Source: Stegostoma tigrinum (lineage: Eukaryota). Taken from it: DNA of 64,000 nt. Location: assembly GCF_030684315.1 (NCBI RefSeq), contig NC_081375.1, positions 12,685,581 to 12,749,580 of the forward strand, written 5' to 3'. Positions 37,190 to 47,980 of the stretch are shown here, piece after piece. How positions within the stretch are numbered: the stretch's first letter is position 1; the number at the start of each line of letters is the position of its first letter. Under the pieces are notes generated by a model. The model had not been told where the DNA came from and did not search any database. It saw nothing but the letters and a program-made list of their open reading frames with translations. A program made the translations under genes and the position numbers.

Positions 37190-38630
37190 CCCAACACCTC
37201 CAAAGCATCTTCCCAAGCGATCACAGAAAGTGCAACACTTTTCCATTTACTTCCTCCCTCTTCACTATCCAAGGCCTCAGGCAGCATTCCCAGTGAAGCA
37301 ACAATTTACTTACAGTTCACCCAATCTAATCTACTGTCGACATTCGTTGATCACAATGTGATCTCCTCTACAATTGGACAATGAAATGCAGAATGGGTGA
37401 CCATATTTGGAACATTGAGCAGATTTGGGTCCCATATCCAAGGAAGGATGGATTGGCCAGATGAGGTTTAGAGGAATGATCCCGGTAAGCGGTTGGGTCT
37501 AAAATCTATCAATTTCAGAAGGATAAGGGGAGGGGATCTGATTGAAACTTACAAGTCTCAATAGAATAGACATGGAGAAGATCCTGCCACGAGTAGGAGA
37601 GTCGAGGACCCAAGGGCACAGCCTCAGAGTGAAGGCATGACGCTTTAGAACTGAGATTAGGAGGAATTTCTTCAGCCAGGGGTGGTTAATCTGTGGAACT
37701 CATCACTGCACGGGCTGTGGAGGTCAAGTCTTTGAGTGCATTTAAAACTGCGATAGATAGGTTCTGGATTATTAAAGGGATCAAGGGTTACGTTGAGGAG
37801 GCAGGAGAATGGAGTTGAAAAGCATATCAGCCATTATCAAATGATGGAGCAGACTCGATCAGTCAAATAGTCTGAAGCTGCTCCTATATCTTACGGTCGT
37901 TGCAGAACACCTACACACTGTCGATTAAAAACTATTCCAAGGTTCAAACTGCCTGACACTTCAACACACCATTATGCTCCCTGACCAACCACTGGGATTG
38001 GAATCCCCACCACTGCCTACCTGCACTCACCTATCACCACCCCCTCCTCTATTAATTTCTGAGCTCCCTTGCCCCTACCCCATTTCTGAAGAAGGGTCCT
38101 GAACCAAAACGTCAACTTTCCTGCTCCTCAGATGCTGCGTGACCCGCTGTGTTCATCCAGCTCCACACCGTGTTATCTCTGACTCCAGCATCAGCAGTTC
38201 TAACTATGTGATTTTTATCTCAGGCCTGCTGCAATGCTCCAAAGAGACTTAGCAAAATCTGGAAGAAGAGCATCTCATTTTCCATTTGGGAACTCTACTA
38301 CCTTCAAGAATGAATATCAAGTTCAATAATTTTAGACCCTGATCACCTCATTCCAATGTCATTTACCCCCACTCTCCAAGTCCCATCATGACATGGGCTC
38401 CTTTCAATGGTGCCAACCCATTTTAACCTACTCATTGACACCATCATCAGCTTTTCTCCCTCCTTGGCTTACAACAACCATCTTTTGTCTGCCTAATTTC
38501 CTTTCTCTCTCTCTGTTCTCCGCTTCCACCTATCTGCTCAGTCCCTTTTCCTCCCAGCCCATCATCAACATAAATACCACCTTTTCCTAGTTACTATCAG
38601 TTGTGCAGGGTCACTGGGCTCAAAAGTTAA
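37190..38630 (+). mobile_element. Old Neptune-type PLE remnant with a nested CR1 (37405-37898) and a nested PLE terminal repeat (37991-38208)
   Basis: Decayed GIY-YIG sequence colinear with 56846-57433 (VKQQFTYSSPNLIYC..., AEHL, LEEEHLIFHLGTL). The nested repeat carries CTGAAGA-AGGG...aAAACGTC at 38086-38113. Confidence 0.75.
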
Positions 38631-38631
38631 G

Positions 38632-40000
38632 ACCATAGAAATGTGCAGCATGGAAACAGACCCTTCGGTCCAACTCGTCTATGCTGACCAGATATCCTAA
38701 ACTATTCTGGTCCCAACTGCTAGCATTTGGCCCAAATCCCTCCCAAAGCCACATCACAAACCGTTCCTATTCATATACCCATCTAGATGCCTTTTAAATG
38801 TTGTTATACAAAGAACAAAGAAAATTTCAGCACAGCAACAGGCCCTTCGGCCCTCCAAGCCTGCACCGAACGAGATTCTCTGTCTAAACCTGTCATTTAT
38901 TTTCTAAGGGTCTGTATCCCTTTGCTCCCTGCCCACCTACGTTCCTGTCCAGATACATCTTAAAAGACACTATCATGTCTGAGTCTACCACCTCAGCTGG
39001 CAACACGTCCCAGACACCCACCACCCACTGTGTAAAGAACTTTCCGCACATATTTCCCATAAACTTTCCTCCTCTCACTTTGAACTCATGACCCCTAGTA
39101 ACTGAGTCCCCCACCTACTTCCTCTGGCAGTTCCTCCCATACTGGCACCACCATCCATTTGGAAAAAAGTTGGTCCTTAGGTCCCTCTTAAATCTATACG
39201 CATTAGTTTTGGGATCCCCCTACTCTGAGGAAAAGGCCCTCACCCTATTCATGCCCGTCATGATTTTACAAGCTACTATAAAAGGTCACCACTCAGCTTC
39301 TGACACTCCGAATAGCCTCAACCCATTCAGTCTGTCCCTATAGCTCAAACCCCACCCCCCCCAATTCAGGCAACATGGGAAATTGGGCCATTTGGCCCAG
39401 TGAGTCTGCTCCACCATTCAATCATGGCTATCTCAAGCCATTCCCCTGTCTTCCCCACATAATCCTTGAAAACTTTACTAATTAAGAACATCTCAGTCTT
39501 AAATATAGTTAATGACTCAACCTCCTCAGCCCTCTACAGCGAGTTCCAAATATTAACCACTCTCTTGCTGAAGAAATTCCTCATCTCAGTGCTAAAGGGT
39601 TATCCTGACACTCAGAAGCTGTGGCCTCGGGTCTTCATCTCTCCTACTAGCAGCAACATCTTCTCCACATCCATTCCATCCAAGCCTCTCAGTATTCTGT
39701 TAGGGTTTCAATCAAATCCTCCTTATCTTTCTTAACCCCAGTACAGACCCAGAGTCCTAACCACTTTTCAGCTGACAAGCCCTTCATCCCCAGGTGCATT
39801 CTTGGAAACCTCCTCTAGACCCATTCCAACACTAACACATTGTTGTAATTTAGATAAACAGCCCAAACCTGCTCACTATGCTCAGAATGCAGTTTGACCA
39901 GGGCTCAGACTGCCTCAGCAGTACATGTCTGCTTTTGTTTTCTAGCCCTCTTGAAACAAATGCTGACATTGCACTTGCCTTTGCCTTCCTGCCAAATGAA
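38632..40000 (-). mobile_element. Cluster of three CR1 3' fragments (38810-39113 nested in 38632-39360, and 39375-40000)
   Basis: ORF 38893-39114 reads TRGHEFKVRGGKF...FFTQWVVGVWDVLP. CR1 3' hairpins and tails are present. Confidence 0.8.
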
Positions 40001-40499
40001 CTTGTTAGTGCGTGTTAACTACATGTTAACTCAGCTTACTCTCCAGAAATACTGAGATCTGAATTTCTCCTACAGTTTGTTTTTCTTCCAGATTGTTAGA
40101 AAAGTGTGAAGGTAAATTAACAGAATAAAAGAGTTGTGTAACCCTGATCAATATGGCGTTTTATATACATCATGAAGGTGACTGACAAAATAAAAAGGTA
40201 TGTAACCCACAATCAGTATATTGTCTGATATACAGTATGAAGCTGAAACATTAACACAGAATTTTAAAGAAGTGGAACCACCAACAATATGCTTTTTTTT
40301 TGTAGATAGTATGAAAGCAAATCAGACTAGGATGTATGGCCAATAAACATTTCCAAGCTTAATATTGCCATTGCCTGTGTGAGGAGACGTCTGACTCAGC
40401 TCCAAATGCCAAGGCCCGGTTTACCAGGGTATATGGGGGGGGGGGGGGGGGAAACAGAGGAATCCTTCCCCTGAAATGCGGCTGTCAGGAGTAGGGATC

Positions 40500-40810
40500 C
40501 AGGCCGTCTCTCACCTGTAGCAGCGGTGTGCTCGCCGCCACTCTCACTTGCTGCCGCCTACCATTCGGCGCCAGCACCGTAACCGCCGCCGCCGTCATTG
40601 CCATCCCCCGTCAAGCGGAGCTGCAACTGGCACAATGCGCACGCGCCGAGGACGAAGTCACGAAACGGACGTTGACCCCTTTTAGTCACGGCGTGCTCGT
40701 TCCCCACGCCCACGCAGGTACCGCGCACGCGTAACCGACCCCCCGGGAGGCGCGCACGCCATGACTGATCGATTCACCAACCACAACCCCCCGCCCCGGC
40801 ATGCATCCGT
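40500..40810 (-). promoter_or_regulatory. CpG-island promoter of ASPSCR1
   Basis: This is the only extended CpG-rich segment in the window. It has three NRF1-like GCGCACGC motifs (about 40637, 40724, 40752) and a GC box ccccgccc (about 40789). No TATA box was seen. Confidence 0.85.
40515..40604 (-). CDS. ASPSCR1: ASPSCR1 (TUG, tether containing UBX domain for GLUT4) coding exon 1
   Basis: gggATGG Kozak context. It encodes MAMTAAAVTVLAPNGRRQQVRVAASTPLLQ|gtgag (90 bp). Human as recalled is AVSVLAPNGRRHTVKVTPSTVLLQ. Confidence 0.97.
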
Positions 40811-41530
40811 CCAGCCAACTGCTGCAACCTGCCCAGCCAATCACTGCAGCCAGTCCAGAAGACACTGGTGTCAGTCCAGCCAATCATGCAGCCTGCCAGG
40901 CAAATCACTACCGCCCGTCCAGCAAATCCTTACGATCACTGCAGCCAGCCCAACCAATCAGTGCAGTCAGTCCAGTATGTCCAATCACATTAACAATCAA
41001 CCAGTCTAGGGATCCTCATCCCAGCCAATCACTGCAAGAGCCCAGTATGTCAAATCGCATTAAGAACCATATTAAGAATTAAGAATTATTTCTGAAGGGT
41101 CTAGGCCTGAAATGTCAGTCTTCCTGCTCCTCTGATGCTGCTTGGCCTGCTGTGTTCATCCAGCTCTGCACTTTGTAATCTCGGATTCTCCAGCATTTGC
41201 AGTTCCTACTATCTCTGAAACAACATTAAGAATCAACCAGTCAAAGAATCCCCAGCCAATCACTGCACCCATTCCAGCAAATCCATTCACATTCGGAATC
41301 AACCAGTCAAAGGGTCCCCAACCTAGCCAATCACTGCAGCCATCAGAGCAAATCCAATCATATCAATAGTCAACCCCATAAAGGATTCTAAGCCAATCCA
41401 ATCACTTCAGCCAGTCTAAAATGTCATTTCCACATCCAGAATCAACCAGTCAAAGAATTCCCCAGCCCAGCCAATCATATCAAGCCAATTGGGGTCTGTG
41501 TGACCCCCAGCCCCCAGCTCAGCCAATCAA
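40810..41530 (+). repeat. Degenerate tandem array rich in AGCCAATCA (CCAAT/NF-Y) boxes
   Basis: Recurring cccagccaatcactgcagcc and aatcaaccagtc blocks, with about 12 CCAAT motifs. Confidence 0.8.
41091..41220 (+). mobile_element. PLE terminal-repeat insertion within the CCAAT array
   Basis: It starts in the HHR (tctgaagggtctaggcctgaaatgtcag) and runs to cagttcctactatctct. cattaagaa is repeated on both sides. Confidence 0.85.
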
Positions 41531-41573
41531 TATATTGAGCATAAATTTAGTACTAAACATGCAAGAATTTTAA

Positions 41574-41771
41574 TCAGAGATTATGGGAACCCCAGATGCT
41601 GGAGAATCCAAGATAACAAAGTGTGGGGCTGGATGAACACAGCAGGCCAAGCAGCATCTCAGGAGCACAAAAGCTGACGTTTCGGGCCTAGATCCTTCAT
41701 CAGGGAGCGTCTAGGCCCTAAACATCAGCTTTTGTGCTCCTGAGATGCTGCTTGGCCTGCTGTGTTCATGG
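41574..41771. mobile_element. Fold-back PLE-end insertion
   Basis: HHR core on the minus strand at 41703-41676. TSD aagaattttaa lies at 41563-41573 and 41772-41782. Confidence 0.88.
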
Positions 41772-41784
41772 AAGAATTTTAAAC

Positions 41785-42940
41785 TGTGGGGTGGACCGTG
41801 TGGAACTCCAAAAGGGTATTAGCAAGTTGATCGGGTGGGCAGATAGATAGCAGATGAGGTTCAATGCCGAGAAGTGTGAGGTGATGGCCAGAAGAATGTT
41901 GAAAGGCAATATAAAAATGGGGTACAATTCTAAAAGGGGTGCAAGATCAGAGGGACTTAGGTGTGTATGTGCACAGAAGGTGGCAGTACAAGTGGAGAGA
42001 ACGTAGTAACCTCAGCTTAACTACAGTTGGCATAGTGTACAAGAGCAGGGAGGTGATGTTCAACTTGTAACAGGCACATCAGACCTTGTCAACTTTAAGT
42101 ATATTCAAGTTTATCCAAGATTTCCTCCTTATTAATTTTGAACTCTTCTAGTGACTGAATGACCTGCTCAGTCACCATGGCCCAGACAGCATCCTTCTAT
42201 TTTGTAAGAGCAAATGCAAATTATTCATTTAAAACCTTGCCATTCCCCCCCCCCCCCCCTTTTTGGTTTCTGATTGGCCCGATGTCTATCTAATCTTTTA
42301 CTATTAAATGTATATAGTAGGCTTTAGGATTCCCCTTTATGTTAGTTGCTAGTCTTTTTTTATAATTCTTCTTTGCTTCTCTTATTTGTTCTTTCATCCT
42401 TTCTTGTTGAATTGCCCACATACTACTGTAGGTAGCTCTACTGAGTGCAATGTAAGAACACTGTTGTCCCTTACACAATCAGTATCCTGGCCTATTTTGA
42501 GTAATTCGAATCCCCATTGTTACAAATCTACGATGTTGGCACTTCTCTGTAATTTCCCCGCAGATTTCTTCCTCTATGTCCTTTCCACTGGTTGGTGATC
42601 AATAGACTACATTGAACAATATAGTTGTACCCTTTTTATTCAATTCTAATCAAATTGACTTAGTACTTGAACCCCATGAGATATTCTGTGTCTCCAGCAC
42701 TGCAACACTCCTTAACCCATGAGAGGGACTCCAGAATCTCCAGCAGGACTCCAGCACTACCTGACAGTTTCCCTTGGACTGCCTGGTTGTCACATTTTCC
42801 CTTTCTTCCTCCAGTCCCTTAAACTGCAGTGCGGCCACCTCTGTAAACGTGCTATCTACATAATTCAGCCTTCTGAATGCGCTACGGTGTCTCCTGTCGC
42901 CGCTCGATCAGTAGGTCAGGTAATTAAACTTTATTAGATT
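41785..42940. mobile_element. Decayed CR1 fragments (+ 41785-42090, - 42120-42940)
   Basis: QMRFNAEKCEV and DQRDLGVYVH on +. IREAKKNYKKRLATNIKGNPKAYY on -. Confidence 0.7.
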
Positions 42941-43705
42941 CCTGAAGGTATTTTTACAAAATAGCACACCTCAATGTGATGAACAGAAAGTGAATGACTC
43001 CACTCAGCAAATCTCTGTTCTTATACTTGAGTCTTTGATGTTTTCTATGTTCAGAGATTAACTGCTGGGGATTCAATTGCACACAACCTGAGCAACAGAA
43101 TGCAAAAAGTAAGTTTAATCAAAAAATGTTGTTTTGCAAATTTAGTAGTCAGTAGTCAGCATCCATACATCAGAAAAGTTAGGTGCCATAAGACCAAAAG
43201 ACATAGGAGTGGAAGTAAGGCCATTTGGCCCATCACATGCATTACCCATGGGAGAATGTCTTTCACGTAAAACAACAACTTATAGTGACACAATAGCATC
43301 AAAAATGGTCTATGACTTTGTGGTTATATAACAGATGTTAAGTTGTCAAAGAAGCACATATTGGGAATTGGGATCAAAAACCTGCTCAGAGGTGGATTTT
43401 AAGGTAGCCTTATAGGAGAAAATAGAAGTAGAGAGGCAAAGGCGTTTGGTCAGGAAATTTCAGAGCATTACAAACAAAAACAGGAATTGCTGGAAAATCT
43501 CAGCATGTCTGGCAGCATCTGTGAAGAGATATCAGAGTTAATGTTTCAGGTGCAGTGATTGTTCTTCAGAACCGATGGTAGCCAGGAAAATGTTGGTTTA
43601 AATGCAGAAGGTGGTGTTGGGAGTTTTCCCAAAGAGAGAGAAAAACAATTGGACAGACAAACAGACAGTGAATAATGGTCAGCCTAGGAGAATAAATAGC
43701 TGCTT

Positions 43706-44018
43706 GATTAGATGCCATACGGTGTGGAAACAGGCCCTCCAGCCCAACAAGTCCACACTACCCCTTGGAGCATCCCACCCAGACCCATTCCCCTATAACC
43801 CACACACCCCTGAACATTATGGGCAATTTAGCATGGCTGATACACCTAGCCTGCACATCTTTGGACTGTGGGAGGAAACCGGAGCACCCGGACGAAACCC
43901 ACACAGACACAGGGAGAATGTGCAAACTCCGCACAGACAGTTACCCAAGGGTGGAATTGAACCTAGGTGCCTGGTGCTGTGAGGCTGCAGTGCTAACCAC
44001 TGAGCCACCGTGCCACCC
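43706..44018 (-). mobile_element. HE1-type V-SINE
   Basis: Reverse complement of 30077-30390. Confidence 0.9.
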
Positions 44019-44078
44019 GACCGTAACCGCCCGTGGCTAACAATGGATGAGTGTAAAAGCAAACTACGTGATAACAAG

Positions 44079-44245
44079 AGATAATGGGAACTGCAGATGC
44101 TGGAGATTCCAAGATAATAAAATGTGAGGCTGGATGAACACAGCAGGCCAAGCAGCATCTCAGGAGCACAAAAGCTGACAAAAGCTTTTGTGCTCCTGAG
44201 ATGCTGCTTGGCCTGCTGTGTTCATCCAGCCTCACATTTTATTAT
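44079..44245. mobile_element. Fold-back PLE-end insertion
   Basis: Arms of about 60 bp pair perfectly. The 15-bp TSD ctacgtgataacaag lies at 44064-44078 and 44246-44260. Confidence 0.9.
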
Positions 44246-45825
44246 CTACGTGATAACAAGGCCTGGTGTGTGGTGATGGAGGAAAGCATGGGGAAGGTGC
44301 TCAAGCACAAAAATTGTTCTGGATATTGAGTGCAGAAGGCTGTAGAGTTGCCAAGCAGAAAACGCGGTGCTGTTTTTCAAGCTTACACTGAGCTTCACTG
44401 GAGCACTGCAGCAAGATGAGACAGATATGTTGGCCGGGAAAATGGCAGTGTGTTGAGGTGGCAGGCAATGGGCAGCTTGGGGTCTTTCGGCCTTAGGCCT
44501 GGATGTGCAAAGACAAACGGCTGCCAAAGTTGGAGCCAGGGGAGGGGAGGAAGCACATGAGTCCAGGGTTGGAGGAACATCGAGTTCAGGGAGGCTGCAG
44601 GGCTGGAAGTGGTCACAGATTTGGGGGAAGAGGGTACTAGATCATGAGGAGATTTAAACATGCGAATGAGAATTATCAATCAGAATAGCCGGGAGACCAG
44701 GAGAGCCAACGTACATCAGTAAGGATGCAAGTCATGGGTGAATAGGAATTAGGATGAGCCAACAGAAGTTCTGCTCAGTCAAAATTTATCAAGAATGCAC
44801 ATTACGTGACTAACTAGGAAGGCATTAAAAAGTCAAGTCTAGAGGTGACAAAGGCAAAAATGAGTCATTCAGCAGGTCTGAAGGAGGATGGGAAGTGGGT
44901 ATTATTATAAAGGTAAAAGTAGTTGGTGTTTGTGTTACGGAGAAATATGGCACAAGAAGCTCAGATTGCAGACAAACAAGATGCAAAGGTTGTAATTGAT
45001 TTATTTTAACCTGATGTAATTAAAACTAGTGCCCACAATTAAATATCCTTTCTGTTTTCTGTTTCCAGTATATTCTTAGAATCTGCAAATTCCATCTTGT
45101 TTCATTGCTAATTTGAGAGCATTTAAAAATAATTTTGGTTCAGCATTTTGATTTTAACATCTGCCCAAGTTAGAGTATCCCAAATTATTAATCATTAGAT
45201 ATGGGAACTCTAACCATTTCTCCCCTTTGTTGCTCAATGATCAGAGAAGACAGTTGTGCATGTCCACTGTTTAGTTAACCCTAGTGTTCAAGTTTGCAAA
45301 CCTTCATGGTGAGATGGTTTAAATGCATATTGTGAGGTGTGGTTTACTCACTGAGGCAGCTAGCTTTCCTTAGTGGGTGGAATTTAGGTAGCTATCTCCC
45401 AATAGGGCTCATAAAATGCTTATCAAGGTAGCAGGCATTCTTGTGAGAAGTTTGTAACATAATAATGAGCACTGGTTTATTATGTGCATATAGAAAATAA
45501 ATTATTAAAAGAAATAACATTTTGAACATGTGGCATTTATATCAGAAGCCCAAATGCATTGCATCCTGTAGGGTAATCAGCACAAAAAGGTTTTCAATTA
45601 CTAAATGGTCACAAAATATTTAAACAATTTCCAGTAACAGCGGTAAAGAAAGTGTAATAAGATTACTGAGTGTGTGAGTGATAATCCATTTAGCTTTGGA
45701 TTTGTCCAGTGATAAATCAGTGGTGTTACTAAACCTGCATATTAAGATCAGTTAAAGTTTATGAAACAGTACTCAGGAGTAAAACACTTGAAATCGTCTT
45801 TTATTAGTTTGATCTAGTGGTGGTA

Positions 45826-45856
45826 TTATATATGTATATATATATAGATATATATC
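45826..45856. repeat. (TA)n microsatellite, imperfect
   Basis: tatatatgtatatatatatagatatatat. Confidence 0.8.
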
Positions 45857-46159
45857 TCAATGTCAACTTTGACTGAGCTTTATAACAAGGATAGAGTAGT
45901 GGTGCCAAAGCTAGCTGGACAGCTTGAGGTGTAAGTTCCACAGGATTCCTACATCTAATTGTTTATTTTCCAAAAAGAAACTTTGTTCACAAAAATTTAT
46001 TTTAATTACAGTTCACATTGGACATTGCAGGAAATATTTCCATATAACATGTGTCTCACTGAGGTGACTTAATACAATTGCCACTACCGTTGATATTTAC
46101 AATATATATTCCATGACAAAGATATTGCCTAAAAGGGTTGTGCAGGCTCCAGCTGCTTT

Positions 46160-46520
46160 TTTATTTAATCACAGGATGAAGGGCATCGCTGTCCAGGCAG
46201 CATTTATTGCCCGTCCCTAATTGCCCAGGGGGCAGTTAAGAGTCAACCACATTGCTGTGGGTTTGGAGTAACATGTAGGCCAGACCAGGAAAGGATGGCA
46301 GTTTCCTTCCTTAAAGAACATCAGTGAACGAAGTGGGTTTTTCCAACAATTGACAATGGATTCATGGTCATCATTAGACTCTTAATTCCAGATTTTTAAA
46401 AATTGAATTCAAATTCCACCATCAGCTGTGGTAGGATTCAAACCCAGTTTCCCAGAACATTATCTAGGTCTCTGGGTTAACAGACTAGCAATAATACTAT
46501 GAGGCCATTGCTTCCCCTGC
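46160..46520 (-). mobile_element. Well-preserved tRNA-derived SINE (family of 11985)
   Basis: The minus strand reads gcaatggcctcatagtattattgctagtctgttaacccagag...ggtttgaatcc...gggcaataaatgctg. Confidence 0.85.
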
Positions 46521-47430
46521 CTGGTATGCTATTGTAGGTGAACCTTAGATAGGAAAAGGGCAGCATTCTGTTTTCCCCAGTATATCTTTGTAGCAGCTGT
46601 CCCAAGCTTCAGTGTGTCCCTCAGTGCATTGTCCTGGACAGTGAAACATCCCAGTCTATATCACTCACTCATGGATAACTCTTTGCCCTGGAAGACCAAT
46701 GGGTTCAAAGAGCCAAGAGAGTGTCTTTCACCAAACTTATGTTCATCTTGGAGGTCATCTGGGATACCTCATACAGCACAAAGTCCTGAATGAGAGAGCT
46801 GCTCAGGATGAACCTCAGCATTTAACAATGCATCTCTTTCCAGACCTGTTTGCAAAGGCACATTCCAGAAAAAGGTACATGCCGATTCCTCCCCGGCAGC
46901 TGACATCCCAAGGACAATGTTTGAGTGGATGTGAGGGGGTAGTGAGACTGTGGACATGCAGGATGCATCTGAAGGGAGTGTCATTCTCAGCACCAGCCAA
47001 ACTACATTTACACAAGTTCTTCTGAGGAGGCATTCTGCCAAATTACTTTGACAGCCTGCTCTGTGAACCATCTGAGAGGATCCATCATCTCCTTTGTCTG
47101 CTGGAACTTGAGAATGTTATGCATGGACCACAGCCCAATGGACTTGTGGTCAAAAGTGTTCTTTTGTATTAATTTCTTCACGAGCGACAGGTGGTATGGC
47201 ACAATTCAATTGCATTGAGTGTTCTGCTTCAACATGCCAGTCCCACCCTTCTCAACACCAGAAGCATACAGAAACTCGACCCAGAGTGACAATTGGCAGT
47301 TGGCATGCTGAGGGTCTCTGGATGTATCCACACAGAGAGGTGGCCGATCGTTCTGTTTGTGGAAAATCTCATGCATTTATAGTTGAATGAGGATGGGGTC
47401 TGGCTCAGCAATAGTGCTGCCATTCATTGT
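46520..47430 (-). mobile_element. Tx1/L1-clade LINE 3' remnant
   Basis: A degenerate zinc knuckle CP..SC.G....YLFLECAFA, plus KNTFDHKSI..WS and a terminal VQDNALRDTLKLGTAATK..WGK, as recalled for fish Tx1 C-termini. Confidence 0.6.
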
Positions 47431-47879
47431 CCAGCAACAAGTGGGAAGATTAACTACTAACAGGTCACTGAGGAAAGCTATTTGTGAATTCAGAATTGTT
47501 CAGCTTCATTAATACTGAGCAAATCATTCAAACTTTTACCTTTGTAAAAGGTAGTTAAAATGACAGGAAATAGCAGCAACACATAAGCATGGTCAATACA
47601 GCCGCCTGGTGAAAGAAAATACAGTATTCAAGAGGCTCAGAGAAAAACTTTTCTAATGTGTTTTCTCTAATTGCCCTTTATAATCTTATCTACAAACAGA
47701 CTACATGACCTGTGGTTGATTGGCATTTCCAAATATGTTGCTTTGTGCTCTCCAACAAAGTAGGATTGATCTTGATGCACTCAATGGCCTTTTCCTGTTC
47801 ACCTATTCTCATTTGTTTGGCGACTGCCAAATGTTAAATGTTGAGGTTCTGCAGCAAATCATCACACACAGACAAAATG

Positions 47880-47980
47880 AAATCACAAAATGCTGGGGGA
47901 AAACTCGGCAGGTCAGACAGCAGCTTGGTGAGCGATATTAAGTTAACATCTCAGGTCGTTGACCCTTTGTCAGAAATGAA
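47880..47980 (-). mobile_element. Old PLE terminal-repeat fragment (further copies at 49285-49380 and 49610-49880)
   Basis: aaaatgctgg..aaaactc.gcaggtc.gacagca...agttaaca..tcaggtc...gaccctt.gtcagaa. Confidence 0.6.

Larger units (their letters stand above)
43265..45000 (-). mobile_element. L2-like 3' remnant (43265-43467 and 44525-45000) interrupted by an old Neptune-type PLE (43470-44525)
   Basis: The L2-type 3' end reads gtagagaggcaaaggcgtttggtcaggaaatttcagagc. The PLE part gives ACH.N...ANISVS..LQCSSEAQCKLEKQH and the old terminal repeat at 43470-43575. Confidence 0.65.

Noticed and set aside
40528-41082. Plus-strand ORFs suggesting a bidirectional partner gene
   Set aside because: These arise from GC-rich promoter and CCAAT-repeat sequence, with no splice structure or protein similarity.
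40810-41530. CRISPR-like array
   Set aside because: The context is vertebrate, the units are degenerate and variably spaced, and there are no unique spacers or cas genes.
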